A stretch of 64,000 bases of DNA from Selaginella moellendorffii (taxonomy: Eukaryota; Plantae; Lycopodiophyta), in assembly GCF_000143415.4 (NCBI RefSeq), contig NW_003314308.1, forward strand, positions 248,001-312,000, in the 5' to 3' direction. Shown piece by piece: positions 1-12,909 of the stretch; the first letter of the stretch is position 1, and the number at the start of each line of letters is the position of its first letter. The notes below the pieces were generated by a model. It saw only the letters and a program-made list of their open reading frames with translations. It had not been told where the DNA came from and made no database searches. The position numbers were made by a program, and so were the translations under genes.

Positions 1-199
1 CATCCCAATGCCAGAACCAACACGTAAAATGGAGCCAAACGGAGTTTGGCACTATTTTAGTATATTAGTGGCCTAACGCAAGAACATGGGTACTCCACCA
101 GCTAGCATGGTGTAGAATTTGGGCTTAGACCCAAACCAGACGCAGAACAAGGATAAACACGCAAGCAGGAGCTAAACTATGCCTCAGGTTGGTCGGCCA

Positions 200-312
200 T
201 GCCCAACCTACCCATTATCCCTATTATACATTTGGAACCCCTCATAGCCCCCCCCTCCCCTTAAGGAACACATGCTTTGGGCTTTCACCCCAAGCCTCCC
301 TTAGTATTAGGA
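200..312. mobile_element. LTR-like repeat fragment, same family as the sequence at the far right end of the window
   Basis: cccta(t/c)tatac.tttggaacccc...C-run...tgctttgggctttcacc...ttagtatt occurs at ~220-310 and again at ~63878-63971, inside the putative LTR there. Confidence 0.5.
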
Positions 313-839
313 GTTAGTCTTTGGGACAAGCTCGAAACTTATTAAATATGGAATATTTTTAAATTGCGAATTTGAACACGGGACAAACACCATTGTGTTC
401 AGAACAATCTCTACATTCCGTAGATATGCCAAATGAGTAAATCTGGACACTTTCCATAAATAGCATTTAAGACTAAAATGAGACTAACACAAAGGGCATG
501 GAAGGGTGTTTGGCAGACATGGTAAGCTATCATCTAGTGAATATTGAGGGACCAATCTCAATATCGCGGGAGTTCCCAACACTAGCAAGTGCAAATTAAC
601 AACATGAGTTTCTCGTCACCGTGCCAAATATACTTAACTAAATGACAACATAAGATTTTCTTCTTTAGTGCCCTTCCGGTCTAAGTGCACATGTGATGAC
701 CAATTTCTCAACTAGCTTAGACAGAGATTGATGACGAGTCCAGCAATACCGACCTCCTGCCATCGTGGCAGTAAGGAAAGAATATCCGAAAGGACTAGCT
801 GACAGGTAACTTTCAATACCCGAAGTCACATTTGCAACA

Positions 840-1093
840 CTAATATCCCCTTGTTGAGCATAAACAATGAAAGGCAATGTCCATAAAGCAATGTTTGTAA
901 TATTTACTTAGCCTCTTTTGAGCAAGAGAATGGAGACACAAGTTCTAGGAGACAATGTCTAACTCTCTCATTGAGCTTGACACCACAATGGCTCTCTCTA
1001 CATCCCTAGCATGGGCCTAGGACACTAAGAAGCATTTGAAGGAGTCTAGACAAGATGATGATGTAAGTTGGTCTCTCTCTCATCAATAAGAAC
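840..1093 (-). pseudogene. Decayed fragment of the neighbouring PPR gene (matches ~6326-6685)
   Basis: atatcccc..g.gcataa.caa.ga...gtccat.aagcaatgttt, ggagac.atgtc...ctctctcat.gagcttgacacca..atggctctctc and agacaa.atgatg.tgta align collinearly with 6326-6685, with many C>T/G>A changes and deletions. Confidence 0.75.
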
Positions 1094-1094
1094 T

Positions 1095-4000
1095 TTGATA
1101 ACAATAGAAAGAAAAAAGTAAAAAAATGAAGAAAAACAATTTTAAAAGAGAACAAGGAAAAAAAATGACTAGTGATTTAGTTTGTGTAACTTCTTTGCTT
1201 ACAACTCTACTTGTTCTTTGATCATCATGAAGTTGCTCAAATACTGGTGGTAAAATATGAATGGTGGTCACTATTAATTAAAAAACTTCAATAGCTACTA
1301 CTAGTAGTGGTGGTGGAGTTTATTAACTAATGAGATTTTGTAGCGATGGTATTGTTGGTGGTGCTTGGTTGGAGTATATACATGAGATAGGTTAGACTGA
1401 GTGATTGACAATCACTATAGAAATGAAAATTTTAAATATTAGGTAATAATTTCACATCCTCTTCTTGTGTTCTTGGTTTTTTTTTGGAAAGTTCTAAATA
1501 ATGATTGAAATGTTAATTAGCCAGGCATCACTAAACTAAAGCCATCTTTGAGATATTTAAGCTTCCATTTTCACTTCTTATTTTCTCTTCCTTGATTTCT
1601 GTTACCCATACTTCTAGGAGGAGATGTATTGATAGATTGGAGAGTAGTGGCTATACTCCAAATAAAACTCTAGAAAGATGTAGATAAAATTGATGTTTAG
1701 AGGAGAGGATGACAATGGTTGAAAAGAGGATTGGAAAAATATCTTTAAATATTGTGTTTGCAAGATGGGAAGAAAAGAATAAGGTTTACATAAAGTGAAT
1801 TAAAGGGGAGATCATTTTGAGAGAGTTTTCTCAATGTCCTTATAGAAATATCATAGTGTACATTGGTAGCTAATTTATGATGCAATAGAGAGCTTTTTTT
1901 TGCATTGGAATGGCTATAAACATGAAATTCTATGACATATAAGATATTTTAATACTATATATTATTGTTCATACTATTGAACAATCAAACATTCCAAATA
2001 AGAACCTTTCTAATGATGGATAGTAATTACAACTTCCAAGGGATCAAGTGATTTACATTTTATAGCTTAGAATTATCTCATTGGATTACATTGCTTAAAT
2101 TTAGAGATTTGCATTGGCTTGAATAGGTACTAAAATATAGGCAATACATTGTCTAATTTTACCATAGGGTTTGGGACATAGATGATTTAAAAAACATAGT
2201 AGCCACAATTTCTAATCATGCTCAAGTGTGTGTAGCAAAAGGAGCAAGAGTAGCTATTCAGGTTGCAATAGCTATTACATAGGCAATATGGCAATCATAA
2301 ATGTGTAAGCAATCAAAAGAAACTACTCGAAAGATAATTCATTAAGGTTTAAATATAAAAAGAAATGGCTTATGAATTAAAATAAGGGTCTTAGGATATT
2401 TAGAGTTGAAGATAATTGAGCTTTAGAAAAATGCAAACAAAATCAATAATTTAGAGAAGAGGATAACAATGGTTAAAAATGGAATTGGGAAAACATCTTC
2501 AAATATTACTTTTGTAAAGTGTGCAGAAAAAAACAAGTTTTATATGGAGTGGATTGAAAAGGAGATCATTTTGAGAGAGTTCTTTCAACATCTTTAGGGA
2601 GATATCATAGTGTATATTGGTAGCCAATTTCTGATATAATAAGGACCTCTTTTTTGGGTTGGAATGGTTATAAATATGAAATTCTGTAATATATGAGATA
2701 TCTAGATACCATATGTAGTTATGTGTGTGATTAGACAATCAAACATTCTAAATAAGAACCTTCCTAATGATGGATAGTTTCTAATTTCTAGTAGTGGTTT
2801 TTAAAATTGCAACTTCTAAAGGATCAAGTGATTTACATTTTATAGCTTAGGATTATCTCATTGGATTACATTGCCTAAGTTTAGAGATTTATATCAACTT
2901 GAATAAATACTAAAATATTGGTAATACATTGTCTAATTTTACCATGGGATTTGGGACATAGATGATTTATAAAGCATGGTAACTATAATTTATAATTGTA
3001 CTCAACTACATGTAACAAAAATAGCGAAAGTAGCAAAAGTACCATATGGTGAGAATTCCCAATCATACAAGGAGTTGAGTATTTTAGCCCTCCAAACGAC
3101 ACTCTTAAATTTCTTTTTTATGCAATGCTACTTTTAGCAAGTAAAAATTTTTCACTTTTATGTAAAAGATGTTCCCACAAAAATACCAACAAACTATATA
3201 CTTGATTTATTTTTGGTTCAATTGGCCTTCTAAAAGTTATCTCAAACAGTCTAGAACAAACAAGAAAAAGGAAAATAGCAAAAAAGTATAAAAAGTAAAA
3301 AATTAGAAAAATAAAGAAAAAAAGAGAAAAAAGAAGACTACCAATCTAAGATGAAAGTGCTAAAATAATGGTGGTGAAATATAGGTGGTGGTCATTATTA
3401 ATTAAAAAAATTAAATAATTACTAGTAATGAGCTTTTGTAGCAATAGTACTGTTGGTGGTGATTTGCTGAAGTATATATATAAGATAGTCATAGGAAAAG
3501 TGATTAGACTAAGCAATTGATAATCACTATAGAAACAAAAAGTTAAAATATCAAGTAACAATTTCACATCCTCTTCCTCTATTCTTGGTTTTCATTTGGA
3601 AATTTTTAAATAATGATTAAAACACTAATCAACTAGGTAACTTTAGATTAAGGCTCATCTTTGGGACATTTGCTATTTCCTTAGTTTTTATTTTTACTTC
3701 TTGTTTTCTCTTCCTTGGTTTCTCATACCCATACTACTATGAGGAAATATGGTGATAAATTGGAGAATAGTGGCTAAACTTCAGATCAAATTATAGAAAG
3801 ATGTAGATAATATTAATGATTTAAGAGAGGATGACAATAGCTGAAAAGAGGATTGGGAGAAGATCTTCAAGTATTGCTTTTATAAGGTGGATAGAAAAAA
3901 ATAACTTTAATGTAGAGTGGATTAGAAGTGAAATCATTTTGAGAAAGTTTTCCTAATGTTCTCATGGAGATGCCATGATGTACATTGATAGCCAACTTAT

Positions 4001-5690
4001 TATACAATAGAGAACTTTTGTTTATGTTGGAACGACTATAACACATAAAACATCTCGATACTATATACTTTTATTCATGTTATTAAACAGTCAAACATTC
4101 TAAATAAGAATCTTCTATAGCTACCAGTGGTGGTTTTTAACCTGCAACTTTCGAGAGATTAGGTGATTTATATTCTAGGGATTAGGATTTTCTCATCAAA
4201 TTACACTGCCTAAGTTTAAAGATTTATGTCAATTTGACTAAGTACTATAATACATTGTCTAATTTTACCATATTTAATAGGTATGGAGTTTAACACATAA
4301 ATAGTTTATAAAGCATGGTAGCCATAATTTATAATCACACTTAACTCCATATAGCAAGAGCACTTATACAGGTTGTAGCAATTACTATATAAGCAGTAGA
4401 ATGGTGATAATTGATATTATATCTTTTGGCATTGGAATTCTCACATTAAATACCATGTAGTGAGGATCTTTAATCATAAGAGGGGTCAGGTATTTTAGCT
4501 CTTCATGTAATGCTTCTAGATTTCCTTTTTACATGATATTAATTATAATAAGTATAATTTTTCACTCTCGTATAAGAGGCATTCTTGCAAGCACTAGCAA
4601 ACTATACACTTGATTTATTTCCAATTCAATTGGCTTTCTAGAAGTTATCTCAACCAATCTAAAAAAAAAAACTAATGAAATAATTTTTAAAAAAACTAAA
4701 GAAAGAAAAAAAGCAAAAAAGTTTTAAAATAGAAATTAAAAAAAAATTGGATTAACGATTTAATTTACTTAATTTCTCTGTTTATAACTCTATTTGTTCT
4801 CTGATCATCATGAAGTTGCTAGAATATAAATGGTGGAATACAAGTGGTTGTCAGCATTAGTTAAAAAGCTTTAAAGGCTACTAATGGTAGTGGTGGTAAA
4901 GTTTCTCAACTAACGAGTTTTTCAAAAGATGGTATTGTTGGTGGTGTTTAGTTGAAGTATATATATGAGATAAGTAATTCTAAGACACATGATTGGACCA
5001 AATGGTCAATAATTACTTCAAGAGTGGAAACTTTGAATATCAAGTAATAACTTCACATCCTCTTTTGATATTCTTGGTTTTCATTTGGAAAGTTCTAACT
5101 AGTAACTAAAATAATGATCAACTTGTTGTTCTAAGACTACATTTACTCTTTCTCTATATTCCTCCCTCACTTCTTGTTTTTGCTTCTTTAGTTTTTCATA
5201 CCCATATTTCTATGAGGAGATATGGTGATAGATTAAAGAGCAATGGCTAAGCTTTATATCAAGTTCTAAAAAGATGTAAATAAAATTGATGATTTCAAGG
5301 AGAAGATGACAGTGGTTGAAAATGGGATTAGGATAACATTTTCCAAGTGTTACTTTTGCAAAGTGTGTGTTATTGGACAATTAAACATTCGAAATAAAAA
5401 CCTTCTTAATGATGGATAGTTTGTAGTGGTGGTAACTTTTGAAGGATCAAGTAATTTACATTCTAAGGCTCAAAATTATCTCATCAGATCACCCTTTTGA
5501 AGTTTCGAGATTTATTTAGCTTGAATAGGTACTAAAATATTGGCATCATGTGAGAAACATTCACACAGGAACACTAGCAAATTATATATTTCATTTATTT
5601 CTAGTTTAATTTGCCTTCTGGAAGTTATCTAAACCAGTCTAGAAAAACAAAAAAAAGAGGAGAAAATATTAGCACCATTGTACAAGGAAG
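1095..5690. repeat. AT-rich degenerate tandem array, about four partial copies of a 1.3-2 kb unit
   Basis: Recurring markers: ttcacatcctctt (1451, 3563, 5052); aaacattc.aaataa (1988, 2741, 4094, 5383); ggatcaagt.atttacatt (2041, 2821, 5444); aagttatct (3234, 4642, 5622); gatcatcatgaagttgct (1220, 4803). Confidence 0.85.
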
Positions 5691-5717
5691 CCAGAAATAA
5701 AAACTCGTTTATCCAAG

Positions 5718-7436
5718 CTACACATGCATCCTAGCAGCATCCCTATGGTTTCTACATGCCACTAGCAGGCAAGTCCACTCAAGTGAATCAGCCACAAATG
5801 GCATGGCATTGATCAAGTCTTCGGCATCTCCCAGCCTGCCTGATCGTCCCAGGATATCGACCATGCAGCAGAAATGAGGCTTGGTGGGAGGCACTCCATA
5901 ATCCAGGCTTAAAGACGTGAAGCACTTCCTTCCAGCGTAGAGGCCCCCACTGTGGTTACATGCATGAAGAATCCGGATAAAGCAAATCTCATCAACTCTC
6001 TCGGCAGTGGCAGCCATCGAGTGAAACAAATCGAGCACCGAGTTGGCTTGCCCGACCTGGGCATAAGCTCCCAACATCGAGCTCCAGGACATGAGATCTA
6101 GTGATGGCATTGTGTTGAAGATCTTGTGTGACACTGCGAGCTGTGAGGTGTGGTGAGCGTGAGCTGAGAGAAGCGCATTCCAGGAGACTTGGTTCCACTC
6201 GGGCATCTGGTAGAAGACAAGCTTTGTCTCGACGAGGAGGCCGTGCTGGGCATAGGCGACAAGCATCGCAGTCCAAGATACCAGGTCGAGCTTAGGTATG
6301 GAGGCGAAGATTGCCGCAGACTGGTCGATATCCCCGTGCTGGGCATAAGCAACGAGAAGAGACGTCCATGAAGCAATGTTTCTGTGCGGCATCTCGTCAA
6401 AGACCTGCTTGGCCTCCTCGACACGAGCAGACTGAGCGAGAGCGTGGAGAAGTGAGTTCCAGGAGACGATGTCCTGCTCTCTCATCGAGCTTGACACCAT
6501 GATGGCTCTCTCGGCGTCCCCGGCCTGGGCATATGACGCCAAGAGGGTGTTCCAGGAGAAGAGATTGTGTTCCGGCATCTCGGTGGTGAAAAAGGTGAGA
6601 GCAGCGTCGAAGTCCGAGAGCTGGAGGAGCCCAGACAAAATGATGTTGTACGTGATCAAGCTAGTCTCTTTCATCGATGAGAACTCCTCCCTAGCTCTCT
6701 CCAGTCGACCACTCTGGGCAAGGGAAGAGAGCACCGCATTCTTTGCGACAGCGTCCCACTCGGGCATCATCAGGCACAGAGCTTCCATGGCAGGCAAGTC
6801 GATCTCGTCCCTCTGGAGCAAGATCGCTAACAGAGTTGTCCAGGAGACGAGGTCCCGGAGCGGCATGAGATCGAAGAGGTGCATGGCCTTCTCGACATGC
6901 CCGGCTTGGGCATATGCAGCCAGCATGGTGTTCCAAGACACAATGTTCCTCCAAGGCATCCGATCAAACACAAGTAGAGCGCCGGATATCTGCCCAATAG
7001 CGGCGTGTGCATGGAGGAGCGAGTTCCAAGACGCCGTGTCCCAGGCGGGCATCTGATCAAAGATAGACTGTGCTTGATCCAGATGCCCGGCGTGGGCATA
7101 TGCACCGGCTATAGTTGTCCAGGAGATAATGTCGTGATCGGGCATGGAGTGGAAGATCTGGGTGGCGTTTTGGAGTTGGCCGTGGTGAGCGTAGGCGGAG
7201 AGCATGAGCGCCCAGGTGAAGAAGTTTTTGGTGGCGGTGGTGTCGAAGATGTGGCGAGCGTGGTGGATTGCGCCGCAGCGAGCGTAGGCGTGGAGTAGTA
7301 AATTGGAAAGGTAGACATCGTTTTTGTTGCGATGGTGGTGGAGGAGACGAGAGTGTGCGCTTGTGACTGCCGCGATGGTCTTGCACGAGCGGAGGAGTTT
7401 GGCCCATTCGTAATGGTTGGAAGGACTTTCGCCCAT
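5718..7436 (-). CDS. PLS-class PPR protein, mostly short S/SS-type motifs, truncated E domain, no DYW
   Basis: 572-aa intronless ORF; ~31-aa repeats such as WNTMLAAYAQAGHVEKAMHLFDLMPLRDLVS; ACNHSG, HFCCMVDILGRSGRL and WTCLLVAC mark L2-S2-E. Confidence 0.92.
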   Translation of the reverse strand: MGESPSNHYEWAKLLRSCKTIAAVTSAHSRLLHHHRNKNDVYLSNLLLHAYARCGAIHHARHIFDTTATKNFFTWALMLSAYAHHGQLQNATQIFHSMPDHDIISWTTIAGAYAHAGHLDQAQSIFDQMPAWDTASWNSLLHAHAAIGQISGALLVFDRMPWRNIVSWNTMLAAYAQAGHVEKAMHLFDLMPLRDLVSWTTLLAILLQRDEIDLPAMEALCLMMPEWDAVAKNAVLSSLAQSGRLERAREEFSSMKETSLITYNIILSGLLQLSDFDAALTFFTTEMPEHNLFSWNTLLASYAQAGDAERAIMVSSSMREQDIVSWNSLLHALAQSARVEEAKQVFDEMPHRNIASWTSLLVAYAQHGDIDQSAAIFASIPKLDLVSWTAMLVAYAQHGLLVETKLVFYQMPEWNQVSWNALLSAHAHHTSQLAVSHKIFNTMPSLDLMSWSSMLGAYAQVGQANSVLDLFHSMAATAERVDEICFIRILHACNHSGGLYAGRKCFTSLSLDYGVPPTKPHFCCMVDILGRSGRLGDAEDLINAMPFVADSLEWTCLLVACRNHRDAARMHV

Positions 7437-7614
7437 TCACAAGGACTTTCTAAGCCATGTCACACCATAGCTCAAAGTTTCATCTCTAGTGAAAAAAACT
7501 GAAGAAATGGAACATTTGCGTATATGGATTATATGGTATCCATCTAAGTATGGATGGATCGAGAAGGACATTGTCACAAAACTTGAGAAAGAGAGAGGTT
7601 ACCCCGATGGTTGA

Positions 7615-8752
7615 TCACTTGGAGTTTGACGATCGCCCAAGCAGCCTCCTGACGTTGAGCAGCACTAGAACGCTCAAGAGCCTGACCGGGACGAAGAACA
7701 CGCACTCGAGCAAGGTGGTGACGATCGATTCGGAAGGAAGCAAGCCTCTGGACAGCATCACAAGGACACCGCCAACTCTCCTGGTGGCGACGATGTACTC
7801 GCCCGCTTTGATCGCCTCCACCGTCCTGGCCGCCACGTCCGCCGGGGACTCCGTGTCTCTGGGATCGTAGTGGCACACGGATTTAAGCGTCTCGAGAACC
7901 TGTTGATCAGTGGTCGCTGCCATGAGCGAGCACTCAAGTCAGCTACTTTCCCGACAAGATCTTTGTGTGCTCACCATCGCCGAGCAGTGCCGTGTCGGTG
8001 AATCCCGGACAGATCAAGCTCACCCGGATGTTGTGAGGCAGCAGCTCCAGTCGCAGCGTTTCCGCCAGGCCTCGCAGCGCGTACTTGGTAGCCGCGTAGA
8101 TGTTCGCACCGTAGAGCGTGTACTGTTGAAACGCACGTAAGTTTCATGACCCAAAAGAAAGAAAAAGATGATTTTGGTCACCATTCCAGCCAGTGATCCG
8201 ATGAGCACGATGGATTTTCCATGGCTGCTCTTGTTCTGCTCCTGCTTCATGTGTGGAAGAGCGGCATGAACCGAGTACGCGCAGCCCAGGAGATTTGTTC
8301 TCACCACTTGATCTATGTCCTCGGCTCGGCATTCCCCAAAGAGTCCAGATCTCACCAGGCCGGCGTTGCACACGAGAACGTCGATCGGCCTCCACCTCGA
8401 TGCCTGCTCGATCACTCGCTTGGTTGCGGCAAAATCTCCCACGTCCAGTTCCTGGAGACAACCAAAGTTTCAAGACGCTTGTCAACAAAAGTCTTACCTC
8501 CGCTACGATTTGCGAGGGGCTGCAAACGCATTCTTTGAGAAGCGACTCCTTGGCAGCGGCCAGCCTCGCCTTGTTGCGAGCGACGATTGTCACAAACGCA
8601 CCCTGGATGAGGGCCCGTTTGGCGATTTCATAGCCGATGCCGCTCGATCCTCCAGTCACAAATACGTGCTTGTTCATCAGAGACTCCATCACCTTCGTCT
8701 TCCTCCTGCACAAGGCAGCAAGGAGTATGATTCCCACGACAAGAAATAGCAT
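7615..8752 (-). CDS. 3-ketodihydrosphingosine reductase-like short-chain dehydrogenase (TSC10/KDSR family), spliced
   Basis: N-terminal hydrophobic anchor, VFVTGGSSGIG, DVLVCNAG, catalytic YAATK, ALRGLAETLRLEL, CPGFTDT, C-terminal hydrophobic helix; ATG at 8752, short introns. Confidence 0.8.
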
Positions 8753-9262
8753 TTGGATTGGATTGCTTGAAATTCTCTTCAACCAAGAAAAAGGAGGAAG
8801 AAACGGATTTAGCGGCAGCGACGATGCAATAGTCTTTACGTGAGCAACAAAAACATGCGGAACCAACCAAGCATACTTTTTTGCGAGCTCACCTAACACG
8901 GAAAACCATCTACATCTTCGTCAAATCTTTGTTCCTGCTCAGCAAGAGTGTCGGTGGGCTTGTCGTCTGTGTAGAACCCAAGCGTTTGGTCAGTGAAAAC
9001 TACAAAGACGAATGCTGGTTTAAGCTTACGTTACGTCCAAACCGTTCTCTTGACCGTCTGGAGCTAAGTTTCATACGCTTGAATGTTTTCCAGCCCTTGC
9101 TCTCCAGTTCTTCACAGCTAAACAACCTAAAGTACAGTGCCTTCGTGATCCAGAATCTTCCCTGTGTGATTATCGTAGAATAATGTCCTGGGAGGCCTGC
9201 TCAAAGGATTGAAACCCAAAAGATATGGTCTGGATCGCCCGAGCACGCTGCTGGCTAATAAC

Positions 9263-10786
9263 TCACTTCAGTGACAATCCCTTGAGCTCTTCCTCCAGGC
9301 CATCCTCGCCATCCTCGTCGCCATCTTCCTCATCGCTGCCTGCTTCGTCGTCGTTGTCTTCCAGCGGCCCGAGACCTGAGATCCCCACTCCGCTCTTGAG
9401 CACGCTCCGGACTTCGTCCAATCCAAAGCTGGAGATGCGGTTGCCATCCATGCCGAGAAGCTTGAATCCTGGTTTCCCAGCCACTGCCTCCGCCGCAGCC
9501 AGCGCGCCAACCCGGCTCAGTGAGTTGGAGCTCAGATCAAGCTCCTCCAGCTTTGAGCAGCTCGCTTTCACCGCCGCCGAGACCATCACAGCACCCTTGT
9601 CACCCAGCTCGTTCTCGGATAGATTCAACTTGGCCAGCTCCTTGTTCGCTGCAATGAAAGCCGCCAGCGCCTTGGCGGACGAATGCGTGATCTCGTTGTT
9701 TCCGAACTCGAGCACCTTGATACTCCGCGTCCCGCTTGCCAGCGCCTCGAGAATTGGCGTACTTCCAGCGTCCTCCAGGCTTAGATCGCTCAAGTAGACG
9801 TGCGTCAAGCCGCCATGTTGCCGCAAAGCCTTCCCAAGCGCAACACCACCTCCAGGACCATACATGTTGTCTCTCAAGTCGAGAACTTTGAGCTTGGATC
9901 CACCAGCGATGGCCGAAGCCAGTGCCACCGCGCCTTCCTCCCCGACTCTAGTCGACGAGAAGCGGAAGTTTTCGAGCTGGACAGCCTTCTCGACGAGCTT
10001 CGCGAGAGATCTGGCTCCTTGATCGCCGGTCATGTTGTTGTGGAAGTGCAAGAGCTTGAGAGAGCTCCCAGTGGTGACGATCTCGCATATAGCACGAGCA
10101 GCCTCCTTGGAGATCCCATTGTTCATGAAGGAGAGCTCCTCGAGGGATTCCTGGGACTTTAGCAGCGGCGCAAAGGCCCTCACACCCTTCTCCCCGAGAG
10201 CATTGTCCGAGAGGTTTAGCGAGCGGAGCTTGCTCCCTTCCAATGCCAGCGCGAGTGTACGCATCACCTCCAGCGCCTCGTCCTCTGGCCGCCCAGCAAC
10301 AATGTCCGAGAAATCCACGTCCTGTAGCGAGGATTTCACCTTCGACAGAAACCTCGCCACGACCACAGCAGCGTCCCTGCCGAAGCTCTTGTTGCTGAAG
10401 CAAATCTTGGAGTAGCGCGACGTCTCCAGCGGCAACAAGAGCTCCTCCGCGAGCTCCTTGGTGAGGAAAGCTCTCTGCCCGGCCGAAATATCGAAGCACT
10501 GTTCATCTTTTACAGTACCTGGAGCTTCCATCGCGAATCCCAGCGCTTCCAGCATCATCCGGCTCACCTCTCGAGCATAGATCTTCACCGCCGCCACGGG
10601 ATCCCCGCCATCGCCGGAGCTTGCTACCTGGAATGCGGACTCTTCGATCCTGGATCCCAGCTCCTTCGCATCGCCGTCGATCGGCGCCTTCCAAAAGAAT
10701 GCCAGCGACGTGAGATTCGTGGCGACGAGCTGCGCCGTCGCGTCTCGCTTCGGGGGCCAATCCTCTACCACCGACGCCGCCGCCAT
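9263..10786 (-). CDS. RanGAP: Ran GTPase-activating protein (WPP domain + LRRs + acidic tail)
   Basis: 507-aa intronless ORF; DWPP motif, AGQRAFL, DIVAGRPEDEAL, LNLSDNALGEKGVRAF, LHFHNNMTGDQGA, D/E-rich C-terminus. Confidence 0.95.
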   Translation of the reverse strand: MAAASVVEDWPPKRDATAQLVATNLTSLAFFWKAPIDGDAKELGSRIEESAFQVASSGDGGDPVAAVKIYAREVSRMMLEALGFAMEAPGTVKDEQCFDISAGQRAFLTKELAEELLLPLETSRYSKICFSNKSFGRDAAVVVARFLSKVKSSLQDVDFSDIVAGRPEDEALEVMRTLALALEGSKLRSLNLSDNALGEKGVRAFAPLLKSQESLEELSFMNNGISKEAARAICEIVTTGSSLKLLHFHNNMTGDQGARSLAKLVEKAVQLENFRFSSTRVGEEGAVALASAIAGGSKLKVLDLRDNMYGPGGGVALGKALRQHGGLTHVYLSDLSLEDAGSTPILEALASGTRSIKVLEFGNNEITHSSAKALAAFIAANKELAKLNLSENELGDKGAVMVSAAVKASCSKLEELDLSSNSLSRVGALAAAEAVAGKPGFKLLGMDGNRISSFGLDEVRSVLKSGVGISGLGPLEDNDDEAGSDEEDGDEDGEDGLEEELKGLSLK

Positions 10787-10958
10787 TTCAAATCCAAGAA
10801 CCCTAGTCCTCTGTTTTTAGGGTTCTAGCAGGTTTAAATAAACCCTAAATGCAGATTCTCATTCGTTGAAAGATTTTTGTTTCCTTTTTTTTCTTTTATT
10901 TCTTGAGTTATACAAAATAATGCAAGATTTATTTCAATGATTTTATGAGATAAATGGC

Positions 10959-12613
10959 TTACTTTTTCCTCATTATGGCATTTGTAGCCGCATTTTTTAC
11001 CATGCTTCTGGTTGAAGGCTTAGTCTCTTTTGGGTTGATGGCCTTTCTGATCTTTGAAACAACCCAAGCAGTGGACAACACATGCCCAATCGAAGATAGC
11101 CCTTCGTGAGTAAATTCCCCGGCTTGCTCTCCAAATCTGGCAGAAATAGAAACAAAAAAGATAATAAAAACAATATACAAATAAATAAGCCAAGATAACT
11201 CACTTATGAGCCACCACTCCGGTTGTGATCAGTGTGCCAGTAGACAGAATGTTTTGGGTGGCCATTTCCACTGCATCAAACACCTTGCCTGGAAGAAAAA
11301 TAAGAGAAAGTAAAGTTGATTGGTCATGGAACAAAATTTACGTACTGAATGCATCCAGAGACGCAAGAGCGACTTCACCGGGCATCATCTTGAAGACTTT
11401 CTTCCCAACTTTCGAAGTCACCGCGGCGCTGGTGAAATATCCAGTTGCAGTCACAATTCCCGTCAAGATCCCTCTTGCAACTCTCTCGGACATTTGTGTA
11501 ACTCTTCGCACTCTACAGTAAATCAACCTTGGTGAAAACTAAGAAAGAGAGAGAGTGAAAGGAAAAGAACCAACCTTTTGATGTTTCGCATCGTCGTGGG
11601 ACTGAGTTGCACGGGCTTCTTAGCTGCTTTGGTGTGTTTCCTGACATACTCGCCACCTTTCTCAAGTTGGGCCGCCGTGGAGTTACTGCACCAAAACAGG
11701 GATCGAATTACGTGACCAGTGCCGGTTGCCACTCCTCTCGCAATGCTGCTGTTGTAATCCTCCACGTTTGGAGCTATGGCGGTCCAGTACAATCTCGACT
11801 TCGTCTCGGACGGCCTCTTGTTCATGTCCTGCGCGAGGCTGGGAGGAGGAACCAAAACCTGGCCTTGGATCTCGTCCGGCTTGATCATTCCCTCCGCCTC
11901 GAGCTTCTCCCGGATCTCCCCTTCGTCGCCTTGCATCATCTTGGGCTTGGAGAAGAAAGTATACGTCTTGAGCAACTCATCGAGCTTGGATAGCTTCTCC
12001 TCGTTGCCTTTCACCTTGAATGTCACGCCATAGCTCAAGTTTTCGACGCTCTCCTTCTTGGAAGGATTTTCTCTTTCGCTATGGCTCTGGGAGAGAAAAT
12101 TCAGAGAAAAGAACGAGAAGAACTTTCACTTACATCGTCGCGATCGGTGTGATCGTCTGGATCAACTCTGAGCGAGAAGAAGTAGTGCCCAGCATCAAGC
12201 TTGGTGACGACCTCGTCCTTGAGAATCGGCCATTGCAACTTCTTGCCGACTCGCGCAAACACGGCCACCTCTTTCCCATTTTGCGTGAGCCGGACGAGAG
12301 AAAACGTACCGGAACCCAACAGCACACTCTGCTCCTTGTCGATGAGATGCACCAGGGAGTGACTAATCTTCACCAATCCCTCCTCGCCAGCGACGAGCTC
12401 GCGCTCCTCCTCGGCGTCCACTGGGAAATCATCCGAGGCCCCCTCGGTTTGCTGCGGTGGTTCTTGATCATACTTTGGAATGGGCCTATCTGGTGATCTT
12501 ACTCTGAGTTTGCTGTTGGGATCCATGCGGACGGAGGGATCTTCGTCGCCTGGCGGTGGCGAATTCGCGTTCTCGGCCGCATCTTGCTTGCTTTTGCTGG
12601 ATTTGCCACCCAT
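10959..12613 (-). CDS. Senescence/dehydration-associated (spartin C-terminal domain) protein, ERD7-like, spliced
   Basis: Exons encode LQWPILKDEVVTKLDAGHYFFSL, SYGVTF, YWTAIAPNVEDYN, GKKVFKMMPGEVALASLDAF, TAWVVSKIRKAINPK; starts MGGKSSKSK at 12613. Confidence 0.88.
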
Positions 12614-12909
12614 TTTGGCGATCACCTACGATAGAACAGAGAATTCTTCGCTACAGTTTAGTCCCAAGGATTTAGATCAGTGCTGCCGTGCCACGTTCAC
12701 AAAGACACTTGTCAGGAGATGCCGGTAAGACGGTGATCTGTCAAGAACTTTTGGATCTATTCCTGCTTAAAGAACAAGGAACATTTAAGTTGCAAGCGTC
12801 CAAAGCATCCTGGATTATTGTCAAAAGCATGGTATAAGTCCAAGCGTAAGCTTAGAGCCAAGTAAAAGTACCTTATCCACGAGGATCACTTCGCTTGGCC
12901 ACCTAAGCA

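Noticed and set aside
2170-2300. RVWDIDDLKNIVA...VAIQVAIA resembling an ethylene-receptor GAF segment
   Set aside because: Short, stop-ridden and not supported by the other repeat copies
9225-10499. Long antisense and alternate-frame ORFs over RanGAP (likewise over RPK2, the PPRs and DUF1644)
   Set aside because: Expected shadow ORFs of GC-rich coding sequence
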